From Candidatus Latescibacterota bacterium (lineage in GTDB: Bacteria > Latescibacterota > UBA2968): a stretch of DNA of 64,000 nt. Both the position numbers and the translations under genes were made by a program. The number at the start of each line of letters is the position of its first letter. Within the stretch, counting starts at the first letter, position 1. Shown piece after piece: positions 59,129 to 64,000 of the stretch. The notes below the pieces were generated by a model. It searched no databases, was not told the DNA's origin, and saw nothing but the letters and a program-made list of their open reading frames with translations. The stretch spans positions 1,760,001-1,824,000 of the forward strand of contig OZ242320.1 in the NCBI GenBank assembly GCA_965208125.1, in the 5' to 3' direction.

Positions 59129-60275
59129 TACCTGGGACCTCGAACATATCCCTCGCCGCCTCAAATTCGGGTATTGATGTCTTGCCATTGAGACTGAGTT
59201 CAGACAAAATGCGACCCGTGAGCGGCCCGAACTTAAAACCGTGCCCGGAAAAGCCCGCCCCGATAACCACATTGGGATTATCTGGATGGACATCCAGAAT
59301 AAAATCCTCAGTACCCGTATTGGTATAGAGACACGTCTCCCAATCGAGAAACCGCTCAACCGGCGGAACAAATTGCGCTTTAATAAATACGCGAAGATCC
59401 TCAATCGCGTCTTCCGGCATCTGCGTGGGCACATCGTCGGGATCGTCGTCAACGCCACTGACAATATGTTTGGCCAGCTTGATCCCCTCGCGTCCAAATT
59501 GTGGAAGACCGTAATAACTTATATCGCCCTTTCGCAGGAGATAGCCCCAAACCGGAAAAGCCCCGGGTTGAAATTCTTCCCGCGCCCCCTCAAGCTGGAA
59601 AAACCCAACCGTCTGGCGCGCCACTGCAACCCGAGAATTGAGAACCGGAAGCAAGCGAGACACCCAGGGACCAGCCGTCACAATCAGACGCTCTGTTTCA
59701 AAATCCCCCGCAGAAGTCTCCACGCGAATGGGCTCCCGGGTAATATCAACGCACTGCACAGTCGTATTTTCCCGGATCTCCCCATCCCAACTGCGAATCA
59801 GGTGAATAAGAGACTGAACAGCCTGCGCAGCAGCCACAAGCCCGGCCGTGCGGTCGTACAGAACGCCAGCGGCATCTTCAAAGCGAAAAACCGGAAAGCG
59901 TTTCCGCCCCTCTTCCGGAGTGAGAGGTTCCACATCCACACCAACCTCTGTCACAGCCTCGGCATAGCTCGTGTATTTTCCCCCGGGTGGACCAAAAAAA
60001 CAGCCGGGTGTGGGATAGATGAGTTGAACATCTGCATCGCGCTCGAGCTGGGGCCACGACTCGCCGTGAGCAATTTGCATGAGACGCACATAGTCTGCAT
60101 TCACATACGCACTGCGGGTAATGCGCGAATCCCCGTGTGAACTGCCCCGGCCATGACCGAGTTCAAATTGCTCAATCAGCCCAACATCGCGTATTCCCTG
60201 CCGCAAGAGATGATAGCATGTACACAGGCCATTAATCCCTGCGCCGATGACGAGTGTATGGTATGTAGAAGACAT
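59121..60275 (-). CDS. FAD-dependent oxidoreductase, monomeric sarcosine oxidase/SolA family
   Basis: VIGAGING, GSSHGDSRITR, CLYT, GFSGHGFKFGP. Confidence 0.9.
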   Translation of the reverse strand: MSSTYHTLVIGAGINGLCTCYHLLRQGIRDVGLIEQFELGHGRGSSHGDSRITRSAYVNADYVRLMQIAHGESWPQLERDADVQLIYPTPGCFFGPPGGKYTSYAEAVTEVGVDVEPLTPEEGRKRFPVFRFEDAAGVLYDRTAGLVAAAQAVQSLIHLIRSWDGEIRENTTVQCVDITREPIRVETSAGDFETERLIVTAGPWVSRLLPVLNSRVAVARQTVGFFQLEGAREEFQPGAFPVWGYLLRKGDISYYGLPQFGREGIKLAKHIVSGVDDDPDDVPTQMPEDAIEDLRVFIKAQFVPPVERFLDWETCLYTNTGTEDFILDVHPDNPNVVIGAGFSGHGFKFGPLTGRILSELSLNGKTSIPEFEAARDMFEVPGNV

Positions 60276-60427
60276 CGTTTTCTCCGAAAGAACCAAACTG
60301 CAACCTCTCCAATATAGCCAAATCCAGTTCGATAGCCACCTGATTTTTTTATTTGTGCAACACAAAGTTTATATTTACATTTTGAATATAAAATAGAAAA
60401 CTGTAAACCAAAAGGCTGAGGCATCAC

Positions 60428-61504
60428 ATGTTTGGAAAGCACCTGCAACTCGCCCGAAAAAAGGCCGGTTATTCACTACGCGGCCTCTCCCACGCGCTGG
60501 ATGGCGAAGTAACCGCACAAGCCATTGGAAAATATGAACGCGGCGAAATGATGCCGCGCTCCAGCGTACTAATTCATCTCGCCAGCGTCCTCGGCGTTTC
60601 ACTGGAATATCTGCTCAGCGAACGCGTCGAAGTCCTCAAAATCCCCGAATTTCGCAAGCACTCGGGCATGAGTGTCGGTGATCGAGCACGCGTTGAGGCG
60701 GCAGTCATTGACGGCCTGCAACGCTACTTTGCCATTGAAGAGATACTCTCAGGCGATAGCGGGACCTCGAAGGCTCCCCGATTGGGCAACCGGTGGCTGG
60801 GACACGAGGATGACGGCGAAGTTCTGGCACAGAACCTGCGCCAAAAATGGCAACTGGGGATTGATCCCATCCTCAATATGACCGCTCTACTGGAAGACCG
60901 AGGCATCAAAGTACTCATGATGCCCCTGCCCGACCGCGTCTCGGGACTCACCTGTTTTGTGTACAGGTCGCAGCAAAAGACCAGGATACCGGTTATTGTT
61001 ATAAACGCGGAGGCCTCGCAGGAAAGGCGGCGGTTTACCCTCGCCCACGAACTTGCACACCAGCTAATCGATAAGACCTCGCCCGTTGATCGTGAAAAGG
61101 CGTCAGACATCTTCGCAGGAGCTTTCCTGATGCCTAAAGATCATCTGATGCGCGCAATAGGTGAACAGAGAAAGGCTCTCTGTTATCGGGAATTGATCCA
61201 GATCAAGCGCATATACCGGGTAAGCGCGGCAACGCTTTTGATCCGCCTCAGACAGGTCGGCATCATCAATCAATCGACTTTCGACTATGCGTTCCGGACG
61301 TATGCACGCGGCTGGCGGAAGAATGAACCGGAATCGCTAAAAGGAAATCACGAAGTGCCGCAGCGATTTGAGAGGCTTTGTTATTGGGCACTTGCCGAGA
61401 AACTCATCGATCCAGGAAAAGCTTGCGAGTTGTTGCAAAAGCCATTGGCAGACATCGAAAAAGGGCTGAGAGGACCTGCCAGTGGCAATTCGGACAGTAG
61501 TTAG
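60428..61504 (+). CDS. XRE HTH fused to an ImmA/IrrE metallopeptidase
   Basis: ARKKAGYSLRGLS..IGKYERG, FRK, RRRFTLAHELAH, FAGAFLMP. Confidence 0.92.
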   Translation: MFGKHLQLARKKAGYSLRGLSHALDGEVTAQAIGKYERGEMMPRSSVLIHLASVLGVSLEYLLSERVEVLKIPEFRKHSGMSVGDRARVEAAVIDGLQRYFAIEEILSGDSGTSKAPRLGNRWLGHEDDGEVLAQNLRQKWQLGIDPILNMTALLEDRGIKVLMMPLPDRVSGLTCFVYRSQQKTRIPVIVINAEASQERRRFTLAHELAHQLIDKTSPVDREKASDIFAGAFLMPKDHLMRAIGEQRKALCYRELIQIKRIYRVSAATLLIRLRQVGIINQSTFDYAFRTYARGWRKNEPESLKGNHEVPQRFERLCYWALAEKLIDPGKACELLQKPLADIEKGLRGPASGNSDSS

Positions 61505-61589
61505 CGATACGAGTTGCATGATTGATCTGAGGAAGGGCGGTCTTCTCGAAGCGATGTTGCAACCCGCATACGCATCAAGACACCCTTAA
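61482..61589 (+). pseudogene. Truncated PIN/DUF3368-like toxin (35 aa)
   Basis: Hand translation VAIRTVVSDTSCMIDLRKGGLLEAMLQPAYASRHP*, overlapping the end of Xre-ImmA. Confidence 0.7.
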
Positions 61590-61601
61590 AGTCCAATATG
61601 A

Positions 61602-61904
61602 AAGACAATCCAGGATGTATGTCCTAAACGGGAAAAACGCCGCGCCGAGTCTCCATACTCGAGCTTATGGGAAGAGGTGAGTGAAAATATAGGTGAGAGG
61701 ATCCAGTCCCAGTCTTTTGAGACCTAGTTTCAGCCGCTTTTCATCTCAGAAGTAGGAAAGACATCGGTTGTCTTCGATGCTCCAGATCAATTGGTGGCCG
61801 ACTGGGTCGAAGAAAACTACATTGGACTATTGACATCAGCACTCAAAACTGCTGGCATATTTGATCGATCAATCTCCTTCGAAACATCCACGCCATCATC
61901 GTGA
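61602..61904 (+). pseudogene. Remnant encoding a DnaA N-terminal-like domain, with an internal stop
   Basis: LWEEVSENIGERIQSQSFET*FQPL..APDQLVADWVEENYIGLL. TAG at 61725 occupies the position of a conserved Trp. Confidence 0.7.
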
Positions 61905-62095
61905 CGGTTCTCTCACCTGGGATCTCCTCCTGCATCCCACTATCCCCTTCATATGAATGACATTCTCCCTTCATACCCTTCTGATAGATGTGGTACACGT
62001 TGTGCAAACTCCCCCTCAGCATTCGACATTTGACACCAGAGACATTTAGAATTTTGTAGAATCAATATGCGTCGCGTTTTCCCCAGATCTATTTC

Positions 62096-64000
62096 TCATC
62101 GCCAGGGAATAGCGGCGAAAAAACTTTTGATCTCCTCGTAACGGTCCAATCTTTTTTCGAGGGTCTCGATATCTTCTTGACTACCTCCAAAAGCATCTTT
62201 CATATCTTTGATATGGTTTTCGTACTGCGTATTAAGGTTCTCTGCTCCTTTCTGGAAAGCAACCAGTGTTTCCTTCCAGAAAGTATCGATATTTTTCTCT
62301 ATCATTGAAAGGACATCTTCTTTTTTAAATACATCCTTGATTTTTTTTGCTAAACGTCGTTCCCAACTGTCTCCAAAGAGCCAGGAAGACAAGGCACCCA
62401 TCGCAAGAGCTACCCCGATCGCCAGAGTAATTGGTCCTCCTAAGGCCGAGACAAGAGCAGCTGCCCCTCCCGCGCCTCCCGCGAAAGAGAATCCCAAAAC
62501 GGACAGCACACGAACCATTTTTGCGACTATTATATATCCACCCAGATTTCCCAATGTGGATGCCCAAGCACCAAGAGCACCAAGGGTACCAAGCCCTGCT
62601 AATCCTCCGAGAAATGCTCCTTTCGCATCGAATGGTATAGAAAATTCTTCTGCACCTTGATCCTGTGGTACTTCTAACAATCTGTCTTTTCTTATACTTC
62701 GCATGAAACCATCAATGAGATCTTTAATCTCATCAAGCAAATCACGCCGACAATCCTCTGTCCGGGATTGAATTTCTGCAAGGACATAAGCAGCGGCATG
62801 CGTCTCCGCTTTTTTTTTATCCCCTTCATAGCGATCTTTAATCATCTGTTCTATCTTCTCGACCGCAGTTTCGTCCTCAAAAATTTCTCGGAATTTTTCC
62901 AGTTCTCGGTATTTCAATTTGTTGATTTCCCCTTCTATACGCTCTACCTCGCGTTTATGTCCCTTCTTTCTATCAGGCTCCCCTTTTTTTAACCTTTCAT
63001 AGTGTTTTTTTGCTTTTTCCTTCTCATCCCTAATTTTTGCAAACTTGTCGATTTCCTGTGCGTAAAAGTCCTTTCCTTCATCCTTAAATTTGAGAATTTC
63101 TTCGTTTACGCTTTCTTTTTTAATCGGCGGTATTTTCTTCCCAAGTAAGCGTTTTAGATCCTGTTCCAGCCTTTTTCGTCTTCCTCGTATTTCCTGGTAA
63201 AAACTGAAAAAGCGAGCATGGACATGCTCATGCGTAATTGACTGTTCACGACTGCTTAGTTTGGGAAGAAGGTTGTCCTCAAAGTGTTTATAGAAATCCT
63301 CACTACCTCCTCTCAATATCTGATTCTCAAGTTGTTTTTTTGGGATTCCAGGATGAGCGTGCGTCCCAATGATGAAAAGATTGCCGAGCTTAGGAAAGTC
63401 ATCATAAATTTCTTCATACCGTGGAAGACCACGTAGCAAATCAGCGAGGTGTGTCAGATCTCCACCACCGAGAAATCCTTGAACGGGACAAAGATATAAT
63501 AAAATAGCTCCACGACTGCTTAACTGGCCAATAAGAGACTCATCTGTTATCCTGTCACCGTACCCAGGCAAATCTACCAGGACGCACGAGTGGAGTAACG
63601 GAGCATCGACAAAAGCCAAGACAGCGCCTTCTCCGCTGTTATCATTCCGACCTTTTAGAGTGGCATGCTTTTTAAGCGTATCCCAACTTCCAGCGAGGAT
63701 TCGATTGTCTGTACAATAATCTTCGACAGCCCATTTTTCATGCTCTGTAAAACCGGGTCCCATAAGCCACAAGTCTTCCTTGAACCATGAAGGACGATCA
63801 GAGATATGACGAATAAAGGTGGGGTACCTGGTGACCGGACGGTAGCCCGTTGGAAGCCGGCCTTCTCCCAAATAGAAATTACAGAAATGGGACTTGCCAG
63901 CATCAAAACGTCCGGTGAGTACGACCCAGGGTTTTTCTTTAAGAACAGTAACACGGTCTCGAAACTGTTCAATAGTTAGGCCAAATGACTCATCACCTAA
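62096..64000 (-). CDS. Dynamin-like GTPase; 5' end lies outside the window
   Basis: The frame is open to 64000. G1 GRFDAGKS, G2 PVT, G3 VDLPG, coiled coil, Gly/Ala-rich hydrophobic segment. Confidence 0.8.
   Translation of the reverse strand, partial: LGDESFGLTIEQFRDRVTVLKEKPWVVLTGRFDAGKSHFCNFYLGEGRLPTGYRPVTRYPTFIRHISDRPSWFKEDLWLMGPGFTEHEKWAVEDYCTDNRILAGSWDTLKKHATLKGRNDNSGEGAVLAFVDAPLLHSCVLVDLPGYGDRITDESLIGQLSSRGAILLYLCPVQGFLGGGDLTHLADLLRGLPRYEEIYDDFPKLGNLFIIGTHAHPGIPKKQLENQILRGGSEDFYKHFEDNLLPKLSSREQSITHEHVHARFFSFYQEIRGRRKRLEQDLKRLLGKKIPPIKKESVNEEILKFKDEGKDFYAQEIDKFAKIRDEKEKAKKHYERLKKGEPDRKKGHKREVERIEGEINKLKYRELEKFREIFEDETAVEKIEQMIKDRYEGDKKKAETHAAAYVLAEIQSRTEDCRRDLLDEIKDLIDGFMRSIRKDRLLEVPQDQGAEEFSIPFDAKGAFLGGLAGLGTLGALGAWASTLGNLGGYIIVAKMVRVLSVLGFSFAGGAGGAAALVSALGGPITLAIGVALAMGALSSWLFGDSWERRLAKKIKDVFKKEDVLSMIEKNIDTFWKETLVAFQKGAENLNTQYENHIKDMKDAFGGSQEDIETLEKRLDRYEEIKSFFAAIPWR

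Overview
A 64-kb bacterial chromosomal window. The DUF6785-type transporter, paired DxDGDG..FSDF dockerin/EF-hand tail, sulfatase, Calx-beta/cadherin autotransporter, Sel1 protein and many TA modules suggest a Latescibacterota/Gemmatimonadota-like lineage, possibly a sponge symbiont (inference only). The core backbone holds catabolic genes, a complete F1Fo ATP synthase operon, nadE, a PpiD/SurA-type PPIase, an M23 peptidase, a rhomboid, DUF2723 and a short RpoD-type sigma factor. Four accessory blocks interrupt it. (1) A tnpA-less IS200/IS605 TnpB element whose ends, TAM, guide and empty site can be inferred from the sequence (4731-6107). (2) TA debris plus a three-gene cyclic-nucleotide writer/reader/eraser operon: cyclase-STAND-TPR, SulP-STAS-cNMP and an MBL hydrolase (13.3-20.1 kb). 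(3) An 11-kb island where a FixL-type heme-PAS kinase and a sigma54 activator sit among three copies of a sigma54 promoter module, each heading different and mostly exported cargo, with repeated terminators and nested MITEs (32.8-44.1 kb). (4) A decayed defence/mobile island at the right edge with Xre-ImmA, a truncated PIN, a DnaA_N pseudogene and a dynamin-like GTPase. No rRNA, tRNA or CRISPR array was found. All calls are by eye, without database searches.
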